DNA of 64,000 nucleotides from Syntrophorhabdaceae bacterium. GTDB lineage: Bacteria; Desulfobacterota; Syntrophorhabdia; Syntrophorhabdales; Syntrophorhabdaceae. Shown piece after piece: positions 9,928 to 18,786 of the stretch. The notes below the pieces were generated by a model. It was given only the letters and a program-made list of their open reading frames with translations, made no database searches and had not been told where the DNA came from. Location: the NCBI GenBank assembly GCA_963665295.1, contig OY762209.1, forward strand, positions 544,001 through 608,000. Direction: 5' to 3'. The first letter of the stretch is position 1. Every line of letters starts with the position of its first letter. The position numbers and the translations under genes are program-made.

Positions 9928-11277
9928 TTACCATTCATAGAGTCTCCGGTAAAGCCTTCCCCGGCTTATGCCGAGAAGTTTCGCCGCAAGACTTTTGTTT
10001 CCTTCTGTAACTCCCAGAATGTCCCTTATGTACTGCCTTTCGGCGTCTTCGAGGAGGACATTCCCTCCGTGGGTTGCCCGTTCCTGTTCCACACGTTTAC
10101 ACGGCCTGGTCTCAAGGACGTGGAAAGGCAGCTTGTCAACGCCTATTTCCCATTCTCCTTCGGAAAGGAGGACCGCCCTTTCGAGGACGTGTACAAGCTC
10201 TCTCACATTGCCCGGCCACGGATAGTCCGTCAATCGGTCGAGGGCCCGGGACGAAAGGCTCTTTATCGGACCTCCCCTCGAAATCTCCGACAGGAAGTAG
10301 TCCGCGAGGAGGGGAATGTCCTTTTTCCTTTCCCGAAGCGGAGGGATGCGGATGATAAAGGCGCTCAGCCTGTAAAACAAGTCCGCCCTGAAGGTTTTCC
10401 TCCCTGATTCCTCCTCCAGGTCCTTGTTGGTGGCCGACACTATCCGTACATCGACCCTTATCTCCCGCGTATCCCCGAGCTTCCTGAAGGTCCCTGTCTC
10501 TATGACCCTAAGCAGCTTGGCCTGCACCGACGGGTGCATGTCTCCCACTTCGTCTATAAAGAATGTGCCATGGTGCGCAGTCTCGAGAAGACCCGTCTTG
10601 TCGGATTCAGCCCCGGTGAAAGCCCCTTTCTTGTGGCCGAAGAGCTCGCTTTCCAGGATGTTTTCCGGCAGGGTGCTTGCGTTGACGGTGACGAATGGCC
10701 CCCCGCACCGGTCGCTCGCCCGGTGGACGGCCCGAGCCGCCAACTCTTTCCCCGATCCTGTTTCTCCGAGGATGAGCACGGGCGTATCCGAGGGAGCGAC
10801 CAGGGATATCTGTTTCCTGAGGTCCCGGATCTGCCTCGACTTGCCGACAAACCGGTCGTCCACGGCTGAAGCCGCCCTTCCCTCCCCTGCGGCGCGCCTC
10901 ACGTTCCTGCCCCTGTATTTCGTTTCGCAGACTTTGAATACCGTATTCAAGAGGAGGGATACATGGACCGGTTTTACGAGGCAGTCGTAAGCCCCTAGTT
11001 TCATGGAGCTTACCGCAGCGTCCACGGAGGCGCCGCCGATAATCATGATCACTTCCACGAGAGGATGGGAGGCCTTCACCCTATGAAGAAGGTCCACGCC
11101 ATCCATATCGGGAAGGGCAAGGTCAAGGATAGCTATGTCCACCTTTTCCCGCCGGAGGAACTGAAGGGCGTCGGAACCCGTACTCGCGGTAAAAAGACGG
11201 TACCGGTCCCCGGCGAGGTCGGTCCGCACCCTTTCGGCCAACCCGGTTTCATTATCGACTATGAGGATGGAAATCAC
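9928..11277 (-). CDS. Sigma-54-dependent response regulator (NtrC family)
   Basis: Receiver domain + GETGSGKE + ESELFGH + GAFTGA + FRADLFYRL + Fis-type HTH. Confidence 0.93.
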   Translation of the reverse strand: MISILIVDNETGLAERVRTDLAGDRYRLFTASTGSDALQFLRREKVDIAILDLALPDMDGVDLLHRVKASHPLVEVIMIIGGASVDAAVSSMKLGAYDCLVKPVHVSLLLNTVFKVCETKYRGRNVRRAAGEGRAASAVDDRFVGKSRQIRDLRKQISLVAPSDTPVLILGETGSGKELAARAVHRASDRCGGPFVTVNASTLPENILESELFGHKKGAFTGAESDKTGLLETAHHGTFFIDEVGDMHPSVQAKLLRVIETGTFRKLGDTREIRVDVRIVSATNKDLEEESGRKTFRADLFYRLSAFIIRIPPLRERKKDIPLLADYFLSEISRGGPIKSLSSRALDRLTDYPWPGNVRELVHVLERAVLLSEGEWEIGVDKLPFHVLETRPCKRVEQERATHGGNVLLEDAERQYIRDILGVTEGNKSLAAKLLGISRGRLYRRLYEW

Positions 11278-11326
11278 TCTTTCTCCACCTGTCCCCTGTT
11301 TCTAAGGTTGCAAAGACTGCGAAAAA

Positions 11327-11938
11327 CTAGCCCCCGTGCGCCTGTTTCAGCTCTATCGAGGGATACCGTTGGTCCGCTCTCACCATTCCGGCGAGGAGCG
11401 TCACCACCGGTCCTATGACAGGGTCGTCTTCGAATGACCTCGTGAAGGAGTCGAGCTTCCGTTCCTTTTCGGACATGTCCATCGTCCGGTCCAGGAGAAA
11501 AAATCTCTCCGCTTCTTTTGTGGTCACCTTTTTGGAAAGGCCCTGCACGATCTTTTTGTATGCGGGGTGTGCCTGAATTCTCTTCGTCTGCCACGGGCGG
11601 AAGCGCCTCTCTTCATCGCTCAAGCGGGTAAGCAATGGTCCGGGGCCGGGAAGTTCAGCCTCATAGTTCTCCACGAACTCCGCGCCGCACTCTGTGAGCA
11701 TCCATCCCGTTTCCAAGGACCCCGTGACGAGTTTCCTGTGGTCTTCGTTTGCGGTCAGGCATTTCAAGACCATGGGCATGTCGATCTGGTCGGGATGCCT
11801 CTGCCAACTGAATCTGCCGGGGGCAAGGCCCCGCGCCGCAACCGCTATGTCCTCCCCATGTGCAAACCGCCCTTCGCCGCCGGCAAAATAGACGGCAAAC
11901 ACCACCACGTCGGTATCAGAAAGATCTTTCCATTCCAT
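11327..11938 (-). CDS. Hypothetical protein, probable winged-helix N-terminus
   Basis: AGGAGG SD before MEWKDL; EDIAV..APGRFSW...GWMLTECG pattern. Confidence 0.55.
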   Translation of the reverse strand: MEWKDLSDTDVVVFAVYFAGGEGRFAHGEDIAVAARGLAPGRFSWQRHPDQIDMPMVLKCLTANEDHRKLVTGSLETGWMLTECGAEFVENYEAELPGPGPLLTRLSDEERRFRPWQTKRIQAHPAYKKIVQGLSKKVTTKEAERFFLLDRTMDMSEKERKLDSFTRSFEDDPVIGPVVTLLAGMVRADQRYPSIELKQAHGG

Positions 11939-12022
11939 TGCGCCCTCCTGTAAGATAATCCTTGCCCGCCTGAGCCGGGCAAGGGAATTCCCCATCCGGA
12001 CTTCTCTACAAACTTCTCACAC

Positions 12023-13171
12023 CTATACGTTGATGCCGAGACTGCGCGCGATAATGAGCTTCATGATCTCCGTAGTGCCCGCAAAGATCGAAAGGGCCCT
12101 GGAGTCACGATATAAACGGCAAATCCTATACTCCTCCATATAACCGTAGCCTCCGTGCAACTGGAGGGCCTGGTAGGCGACCCTGTTGACCATTTCCCCT
12201 GCGTATGCCTTGGCCATGGACACCTTTGTGTTGATATTTTCTCCCTTCATGAACTCTTCCACCAGGGTGCTGAGGAAATTCCGGCCCATCTCCACGTCGA
12301 TAGCCATTTCCGCGAGCTTGAAGGCATTGTGCTGATGGCAGGCCACGGGCTTTCCGAAAACCTCCCGGACCTGGGAATACTTGAGCCCTTCTTTGAAGCA
12401 TTCCTCCGCAAGGGTCTGGCATTTCACCACCACCTCGAGCCTCTCCCGGGCGAGTTTTTCCATCATGTACTTGAATCCCATCCCCTTTTCGCCGAGGAGG
12501 TTCCCCACGGGCACCCTCACATCCTCGAAGCTAAGCTCCGCCGTATCCTGCATGTGGTATCCCATCTTTTCGAGTCTGCGGCCCCTGATGAGGCCGGGTG
12601 TATCCCCTTCCACCACGATAAGACTGATGCTCTTGCCCGGCATGGCGTCCGGGGTCTTGCAGGCGACGATTATGATGTCCGCCACCATGCCGTTGGTAAT
12701 GAAGGTCTTGGCCCCGTTGATGACAAAATGGTCTCCATCCCTTATGGCCTTGGTCCGTAAAGACCCGAGGTCCGAACCCGCGTCCGGCTCCGTAAGGGCA
12801 ATGGCGCATATGGCCTCGCCCGTGGTGGTTTTCGGCAGCAGCCTACGCTTGAGGTCTTCCGTACCGTAGGAGTAAAGGTAGGGGGTTGCCACATCACTGT
12901 GAAGGGGCACGCCCACGCCGAAACCGTCGCCCCGGATCAGTTCCTCGTTGATCATGACGAGGGAGTAGGTAATGTCCACCCCCAGTCCGCCGTACTCTTC
13001 CGGAAGCCAGGGACACAAGAAACCCTGGGACCCCATCTTCTTCCATATTTCCCGGGGGACTGCCCGGTCATGTTCCCACTCCTCGAGATGGGGGGTAATC
13101 TCACGGGCCACAAATTTTCTGAATACCTGCCTAAAATCTTTAAGCTCCTGGCTGTCCTCAAATAAAGGCAT
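12023..13171 (-). CDS. Acyl-CoA dehydrogenase
   Basis: ALTEPDAGSDL, INGAKTFITNG, QLHGGYGY, IFAGTTEIMK. Confidence 0.95.
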   Translation of the reverse strand: MPLFEDSQELKDFRQVFRKFVAREITPHLEEWEHDRAVPREIWKKMGSQGFLCPWLPEEYGGLGVDITYSLVMINEELIRGDGFGVGVPLHSDVATPYLYSYGTEDLKRRLLPKTTTGEAICAIALTEPDAGSDLGSLRTKAIRDGDHFVINGAKTFITNGMVADIIIVACKTPDAMPGKSISLIVVEGDTPGLIRGRRLEKMGYHMQDTAELSFEDVRVPVGNLLGEKGMGFKYMMEKLARERLEVVVKCQTLAEECFKEGLKYSQVREVFGKPVACHQHNAFKLAEMAIDVEMGRNFLSTLVEEFMKGENINTKVSMAKAYAGEMVNRVAYQALQLHGGYGYMEEYRICRLYRDSRALSIFAGTTEIMKLIIARSLGINV

Positions 13172-13218
13172 GCTCTTTTCCTCCCTTGAGCGAAATATGG
13201 TGTTTCTCCTTCGTTATT

Positions 13219-13236
13219 TGACTGACCGGCCGGTCA
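13219..13236. promoter_or_regulatory. Palindromic operator TGAC-TGACCGGCCGGTCA (copy 1)
   Basis: Perfect 14-bp palindrome upstream of the acyl-CoA dehydrogenase; occurs three times around the TetR gene. Confidence 0.7.
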
Positions 13237-13296
13237 TACCCATGCTCACCTGCGTTATCGACAACCCACCCGAACCGACGGGCCAACCCTCATTAA

Positions 13297-13314
13297 TGAC
13301 TGACCGGCCGGTCA
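13297..13314. promoter_or_regulatory. Palindromic operator (copy 2)
   Basis: TGACTGACCGGCCGGTCA, identical to copy 1. Confidence 0.7.
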
Positions 13315-13344
13315 ATGCAGAAGTGGGAAAAGCGTTTTTCCGCC

Positions 13345-14019
13345 TTATCCTCTTACCTCTCTTTCGGGACCGGCTTGTGCCTGCTTCCTCGCCGACCCTT
13401 TGGGAAGGCGCTCATCCGCTACTTCCATGCCTCTCAAAATGGCGTCGCGGAAAGCCCTCGTGTACGTCTTGTTGGCTTCCGGGGGCGGGCACTCCACATA
13501 CCACTGGAGGAGCATCCCGGTCAGAGTGGCCAGGATGATGCCGGCGTGGATGCGGGTGTCGATATTCTCTCCAATGAGTCCCTCCTTCTTACCCTCTTCG
13601 AGGAAGGTTTCCACGTAAGCGCTGTACCTGCGCTGGATGTCTTTCATCTTTCTTTCCGTATCGGAGCAATTCCCTATGATCTCTCCGAGCAGGGTATGCC
13701 ATACCAGCATAAGCTCCCGGTGGTCCCGCCCGAACTCGGTGGTGTATCTGTAGAAAACCCTGAACCTTTCAAGAAAATCTCCCTTGCACTTGCCCACTTC
13801 TTCGATAACGCCGTCGAGAAACTCGACCGAATATTTGTCCAGGATGCTCCCCAGTATCTCGTCTTTGCTTTTGAAGTGACAGTATACGGTACCCTTGGCT
13901 ATGCCCACGGCCCGCGCGAGGTCTATCACGGATGTTCCCACGAAGCCTTTCGCGAGAAATTGCCTTATGCTCGTATCTATGATGGCGTCCCTTACGGTAT
14001 CGTCTTTCTTCTTGCTCAT
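13345..14019 (-). CDS. TetR/AcrR family transcriptional regulator
   Basis: FLAKGFVGTSVIDLARAVGIAKGTVYCHFKSKDEI HTH. Confidence 0.92.
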   Translation of the reverse strand: MSKKKDDTVRDAIIDTSIRQFLAKGFVGTSVIDLARAVGIAKGTVYCHFKSKDEILGSILDKYSVEFLDGVIEEVGKCKGDFLERFRVFYRYTTEFGRDHRELMLVWHTLLGEIIGNCSDTERKMKDIQRRYSAYVETFLEEGKKEGLIGENIDTRIHAGIILATLTGMLLQWYVECPPPEANKTYTRAFRDAILRGMEVADERLPKGSARKQAQAGPEREVRG

Positions 14020-14050
14020 AGCTTTCCTCTTCACTTTGACCACCAACCTA

Positions 14051-14068
14051 TGACCGGCCGGTCAGTCA
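14051..14068. promoter_or_regulatory. Palindromic operator (copy 3), upstream of the TetR gene
   Basis: TGACCGGCCGGTCAGTCA, just downstream of the predicted promoter. Confidence 0.7.
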
Positions 14069-14078
14069 AATAAAAGTG

Positions 14079-14108
14079 ATGATACTACACCCCAATTTCG
14101 CATGTCAA
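14079..14108 (-). promoter_or_regulatory. Putative sigma-70 promoter of the TetR gene
   Basis: TTGACA-18 nt-TATCAT on the minus strand. Confidence 0.55.
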
Positions 14109-14223
14109 CAAAAAAATGAGTCTCCCCTTCTCTTTCTTCCACCCGCCAGCCGGCCGGGGGCTTGCGTCCCGGCCCGGAGGGGAACTATATTTCATGTGTA
14201 GAGCCCAAACAAGGAGGCGGAAG

Positions 14224-14604
14224 ATGATGAAAACCCTCGTGTGCGCATTAATTGTTGTTTTCACCTTCGCCGGAATCTCATGTACCACGTCGAATTACAA
14301 CACCCAGTCGGGGGCTGCCATAGGGGCAGGCCTGGGCGCGATCGCGGGGCAGGCTATAGGCCGCAATACCGCGGGCACCTTGATAGGTCTCGCCGGGGGC
14401 GCCCTCGTGGGGGCCATCGTGGGAAATGCGGTGGACCAGAACGAGATGAACAGGAGGCTGGAGTGGGAAAGGCAGAGGCGGGCCTACGCCTACCCGAGCG
14501 GCCGGCAGGAAGCGCCTCCCGGACAGTGGGTAGAGGTGCCGGGCCAATGGGTGGGAGGAAGATGGGTGCCTGCCCACAGGGCATGGGTTCCCGTGAACCC
14601 TTGA
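14224..14604 (+). CDS. Glycine-zipper lipoprotein with C-terminal W-x-x-G-x-W repeats
   Basis: Lipobox-like AGISC; GAAIGAGLGAIAG..GALVGAIVG; AGGAGG SD. Confidence 0.8.
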   Translation: MMKTLVCALIVVFTFAGISCTTSNYNTQSGAAIGAGLGAIAGQAIGRNTAGTLIGLAGGALVGAIVGNAVDQNEMNRRLEWERQRRAYAYPSGRQEAPPGQWVEVPGQWVGGRWVPAHRAWVPVNP

Positions 14605-14691
14605 CGGGTTTGCCGGGATGCGACCCGGCGCGGGTCACCCGCCGCCCCGTCGCGACACGGGCGCAAGCGCCGCGATAACTCAGGAGGTAGG

Positions 14692-15258
14692 ATGATGAAG
14701 AAGACAATTGCCTTATCACTCTCAATGGTTCTCGTACTGTGCGGCGTGTCGGCGGTCATGGTGTGGGCCGATGACGCCCCCATGGGCACCAAAGTGTTCG
14801 ACGAGAAGGGGTTCGGGTATGCCATACAATACCCCGACAATTGGCTTTATTACACCCAGCAGGCCCATACCGCGGTCTTTATCGGAAAGGGGCCGGGAGA
14901 CAGGAGCCTGCCCACGGTAATGATAAAGAGCCTCTTCTCGGACAAGGCGGGCGGCACTTTCAAGGACGTGGACAGCGTGATCGCGGACCTGGAGAAACAG
15001 TTACGAGCCGCGGAGCAAGCCATAGTCTTTAACCCCGAGCCTTTCGTCTACGCAAGGGACGGCCTCAACCTGAAAGGAAAGCAGGTCGTGACGGAATACA
15101 CCCTCAAGGACGAGAAATTCAAGGAATGGGCGTTGGTCCTGCCCCGCCTCAACGGGGAGGCCTTCTTTGTGTGGGCCTATACGGCCCCCCGGAAGGCCTA
15201 TGACGAGTACCTCCCCGTGGCGAAAGCCATGTTCCACTCATGGGTCATCAAGGATTAG
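14692..15258 (+). CDS. Secreted protein (PsbP-like fold possible)
   Basis: Signal peptide; GYAIQYPDNW...TAP...Y.EYLP..KAMFHSW. Confidence 0.65.
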   Translation: MMKKTIALSLSMVLVLCGVSAVMVWADDAPMGTKVFDEKGFGYAIQYPDNWLYYTQQAHTAVFIGKGPGDRSLPTVMIKSLFSDKAGGTFKDVDSVIADLEKQLRAAEQAIVFNPEPFVYARDGLNLKGKQVVTEYTLKDEKFKEWALVLPRLNGEAFFVWAYTAPRKAYDEYLPVAKAMFHSWVIKD

Positions 15259-15324
15259 ACCCCTCCTGCCTCTCACGAGGCGTTCTCTGTATCAGGGCGC
15301 CCGCGGGCCCGTGTCCGCGGGCGT

Positions 15325-16320
15325 TCATTTTTGTCCCCCCTGCCGGGCATCCTGAAACCGCCGGAGCAGCGCCTTTACGTCCTCTGTCTTGAAGATATCG
15401 AGGTCGGCGAGGGTTGCCGCCTTTGCGCGGAAGGACGCTTTGTCGGGAGACTCGTCTACTGCCAGTCCTGCTTCTTTCAGCTTATGAAGGAAATCTGCCT
15501 CGCTCGCGCGGCTCCACCTCCGCTCATAACGCGCCGCTTCCTTCATGGACACTTCGATAAGGGCCCGGTCCCATGCGGGAAGATTCCGGAACCATCGCAG
15601 GTTCGCCACCGCGATGTGGGAAGAATAGACGTGGCCCGTAAGGCTCAGGTACTTCTGCCCTTTATAAAACCGGTTCGACCATATGGCGGAAAAGGGGTTC
15701 TCCTGGCCGTCTATCGCCCCCGCCTCCAGCCCCTTCTCCACCGCTTCCAGGGACCCTATGGGCAAGACCCTCGCACCGAAAACCTGCCATAGTGCCTCGT
15801 GAAGAGACGATTCCATGACACGTATCCGAAGCCCTTTCACGTCCTCCACGGTATGGACCGGTCTCCTGCTGTTGGTCAGGTGACGGAAACCGTTTTCCGA
15901 GAAGGCGAGACCTTTGAACCCCGCCTTTTCGAGCCGCCCGAGCATCTCCGCACCCAGGGGGCCTTCGAGCGCCGCGTCCGCCTGCTGGTACGTGTCAAAA
16001 AGATAGGGATAGTCGATCACCTTGATCTCCGGCACAAACTCGTCAAAGGGGCCCGACGTGACAATGCCCATCTCGATGCCGCCCCTCTGGATAAGCTTCA
16101 ATATGTCGGTTTCCGTTCCCAGGGAACCGCTGTCACGGATCGTTACACGAAGGGAGGACTTGCTTTCCAGAAGACGTTTGAAATATTCCGCCGCCACGTT
16201 CTGGGCCGCCCCCGGTCTCGTGACCACGCCGAGTCTGATCGTTTCCTCAGCCGGCGCGGCGGATACCCCGAAAAACGACGCAACCACGGCCAGCGCGATA
16301 ACCAGTTTACCGACTCGCAT
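15325..16320 (-). CDS. dctP: TRAP substrate-binding protein (orphan DctP)
   Basis: Signal peptide; ENGFRHLT, DVKGLRIR, IDGQENP, LTGHVY. Confidence 0.9.
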   Translation of the reverse strand: MRVGKLVIALAVVASFFGVSAAPAEETIRLGVVTRPGAAQNVAAEYFKRLLESKSSLRVTIRDSGSLGTETDILKLIQRGGIEMGIVTSGPFDEFVPEIKVIDYPYLFDTYQQADAALEGPLGAEMLGRLEKAGFKGLAFSENGFRHLTNSRRPVHTVEDVKGLRIRVMESSLHEALWQVFGARVLPIGSLEAVEKGLEAGAIDGQENPFSAIWSNRFYKGQKYLSLTGHVYSSHIAVANLRWFRNLPAWDRALIEVSMKEAARYERRWSRASEADFLHKLKEAGLAVDESPDKASFRAKAATLADLDIFKTEDVKALLRRFQDARQGGQK

Positions 16321-16526
16321 GGAATACCTCCTCACAAAGTGATATAAATAGGAAAGAATAACAAGAGGGCTCGGAATAGTCCACCGAAAAACCCGGAGAC
16401 AGGGTACATAGCAGGGGAAGCGCGGTGGTGGTACATCAATTGCAGGTATTCTGTTGAACGCGGCAGGCGATTCCCGCGACAAGGCGGGATTTCGCGCCCA
16501 TACCCGACACGACTGAAGGCGAGGAA

Positions 16527-17657
16527 TTGGGTCTTTCATTACAGGAATCTTTTCAGATACTCGGGGTCCCGGAAGACGCCTCCCCCGAAGAGGTGAGGCA
16601 GGCATACAGGGACCTGGCCGTGGTCTGGCATCCCGACCGTTTTTCCGGCAACCCCCGCCTGGAGGCCAGGGCAACGGAGATGCTGAAGCAAATCAACGCG
16701 GCCTACGGAATGGTGAAGGCCTTCCATGAGTCCCGACGGGAAACGGGAACTGTGGAAGCACACCCCGACCCTCCCCGGACCGGGCCCGAAGATGCCGGCG
16801 CCGATACCTCCTGTAATGAGCCTGTGAGGGAGCGCCGAAGGTCCGTGTCCCCATTCCTTGCCATTGCCCTCGGGCTGGCCCTCGCCCTTTCTCTCGGCGC
16901 TTTCCTTTACGCGGGATTCAAGGAGAGACGGCCCCAGGCCCCGGTGACCGTCTCTTTACCCCGGGAGCCCGCCGTAACGGCTGAATCGCCCCCACGGGAG
17001 ACAGGGTCACCTAAACCTTCGGCCCGTACAAAGCAGGCCGTGGTGAAACCGCGCCCTTCCGACAAAAAGCCCCTGTCCCCGGAAAGGTCCTTCACCCTGG
17101 GGTCGTCAAAGGACGAGGTGCTCGCCGTGGAAGGGGCCCCTGCCCACGTATCCGAGAACAGGTGGGGCTATGGTTCCTCCTATGTAGACTTCGTGAAGGG
17201 ACGGGTAAGCGGATGGTACAGCAGTTCCCTGGACCCGCTCCGGGTGAAGATGACCGCTTCCGGAGAGGCGGGGGGAACGCACTTTACCGCGGGTTCGACA
17301 AAAGACATGGTCCTTGCAATTGAAGGCACCCCTATGCGCATTTCGGGAAACAGGTGGAGCTACGGTTTTTCATATGTAGACTTCGTGAAGGGACGGGTAA
17401 GCGGATGGTACAGCAGTTCCCTGGACCCGCTCCGGGTGAAGATGACCGCTTCGAAGGATACAGGGGCAAAATCCTTCACCCTGGGGTCATCAAAGGACGA
17501 GGTGCTCGCCGCGCAAGGCACGCCCACCAGGCTCTCCGAGGAGCGGTGGAGCTACGGCTACTCTTACGTCGATTTCGAAAAGAACAGGGTGGTCCGCTGG
17601 TACAACAGCGAACGAGATCCCCTCTTCGTCGGCCCCGAGCCGGGTCAGGACCGGTAA
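16527..17657 (+). CDS. J-domain membrane protein with three C-terminal repeats
   Basis: ILGV...AYRDLAVVWHPD..QINAAY J-domain; single TM; repeats FTLGSSKDEVLA..GTP..W.YG.SYVDF. Confidence 0.8.
   Translation: MGLSLQESFQILGVPEDASPEEVRQAYRDLAVVWHPDRFSGNPRLEARATEMLKQINAAYGMVKAFHESRRETGTVEAHPDPPRTGPEDAGADTSCNEPVRERRRSVSPFLAIALGLALALSLGAFLYAGFKERRPQAPVTVSLPREPAVTAESPPRETGSPKPSARTKQAVVKPRPSDKKPLSPERSFTLGSSKDEVLAVEGAPAHVSENRWGYGSSYVDFVKGRVSGWYSSSLDPLRVKMTASGEAGGTHFTAGSTKDMVLAIEGTPMRISGNRWSYGFSYVDFVKGRVSGWYSSSLDPLRVKMTASKDTGAKSFTLGSSKDEVLAAQGTPTRLSEERWSYGYSYVDFEKNRVVRWYNSERDPLFVGPEPGQDR
17181..17452 (+). repeat. Exact 80-bp direct repeat (17181-17260 and 17373-17452)
   Basis: Identical nucleotide strings 192 bp (64 codons) apart. 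Confidence 0.9.
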
Positions 17658-17760
17658 CGGACGCGGCGGACCCGTGTTCGCCGCCCCCCTGTCAATCTCA
17701 CGAAGCCCGCCTTATATTTCAGGTAACGATCATACCGATTACCAAAAACAGGAGGCAGCC

Positions 17761-18297
17761 ATGATATCGGATAACGTGAGAGACGCCATGAACGAACAAA
17801 TCAAATTCGAACTTGAATCCTATTACATCTACCTCTCCATGACGGCCTATTTCCATGCCCGGAACCTGGACGGCATGGCCCACTGGATGCGATGCCAGGC
17901 ACACGAGGAGATGATTCACGCCATGAAGTTCTTCGACCATATCCTGGACCGCGCCGGAACGGTCCGACTCCTCGACCTCAGACAGTTGAAGACGGAATGG
18001 GACTCCCCCCTGGAGGCATGGAAGGACGCCTACGAACACGAGAAATTCATCACCGCGAAGATCCATGGGATCATCAAGATAGCCCGGGAAGAAGACGACT
18101 TCGCCTCCGATACGATCCTCAACTGGTTCTCCAAAGAGCAGATCGAGGAGGAGCAGAACACGGATAAAGTGGCGAGACAGCTCGAAATGGTGGGGGACGA
18201 CAAGCACGCCCTCCTCATGCTCGACCGCGAACTCGGCACGAGGGTTTTCACCGCGGGCTCACCCCTCGACCCCCTCGCGTACAACCTGATAAATTAG
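17761..18297 (+). CDS. ftn: Non-heme ferritin
   Basis: NEQIKFELESYYIY, QAHEEMIHA, EHEKFIT, EQIEEE ferroxidase motifs. Confidence 0.92.
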   Translation: MISDNVRDAMNEQIKFELESYYIYLSMTAYFHARNLDGMAHWMRCQAHEEMIHAMKFFDHILDRAGTVRLLDLRQLKTEWDSPLEAWKDAYEHEKFITAKIHGIIKIAREEDDFASDTILNWFSKEQIEEEQNTDKVARQLEMVGDDKHALLMLDRELGTRVFTAGSPLDPLAYNLIN

Positions 18298-18306
18298 GCG
18301 GGAAAC

Positions 18307-18768
18307 ATGTTGCCTGTGAAGAGGGTCCTGGTCGCGTACTTCAGCGCGGACGGTAATACGGAGACCATGGCGGAGTATATCGCCGAGGGAGTGCGGATCG
18401 GCGGGGCCGACGCGGACGTGAGAAAGATGACAGACATCGAAGGACCGGTCGACCTCCTGGGCTACGACGGTTATGTCTTCGGCTGCCCCACGTACCACCT
18501 CAGTGTGCCCGAGGAGATGAGAAGGCTGCTCCTCATTGCCCTCGACACGGGTCTCGCCGGGAAGGCGGGAGGGGCGTTCAGTTCGAGCGCCCACCCGGGT
18601 GGCCGTGAGTCCGGGGCCGCGGGGCTCGTCTTCGACGAGATGGAGTCCGGCCTCGCCCTGAAGATGACGGACCTCGGCCCTTTCAACCTGAAGGAGGACC
18701 TCTTCGACCATCCCGATGGGATGAGCGCCTGCCACGATTACGGCAAGGCCATAGCGGAGATGCTCTGA
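18307..18768 (+). CDS. Flavodoxin-like protein
   Basis: YFSADGNTETMA, FGCPTY, GKAGGAFSS. Confidence 0.85.
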   Translation: MLPVKRVLVAYFSADGNTETMAEYIAEGVRIGGADADVRKMTDIEGPVDLLGYDGYVFGCPTYHLSVPEEMRRLLLIALDTGLAGKAGGAFSSSAHPGGRESGAAGLVFDEMESGLALKMTDLGPFNLKEDLFDHPDGMSACHDYGKAIAEML

Positions 18769-18786
18769 GGACGGACGGCCCCCTTC

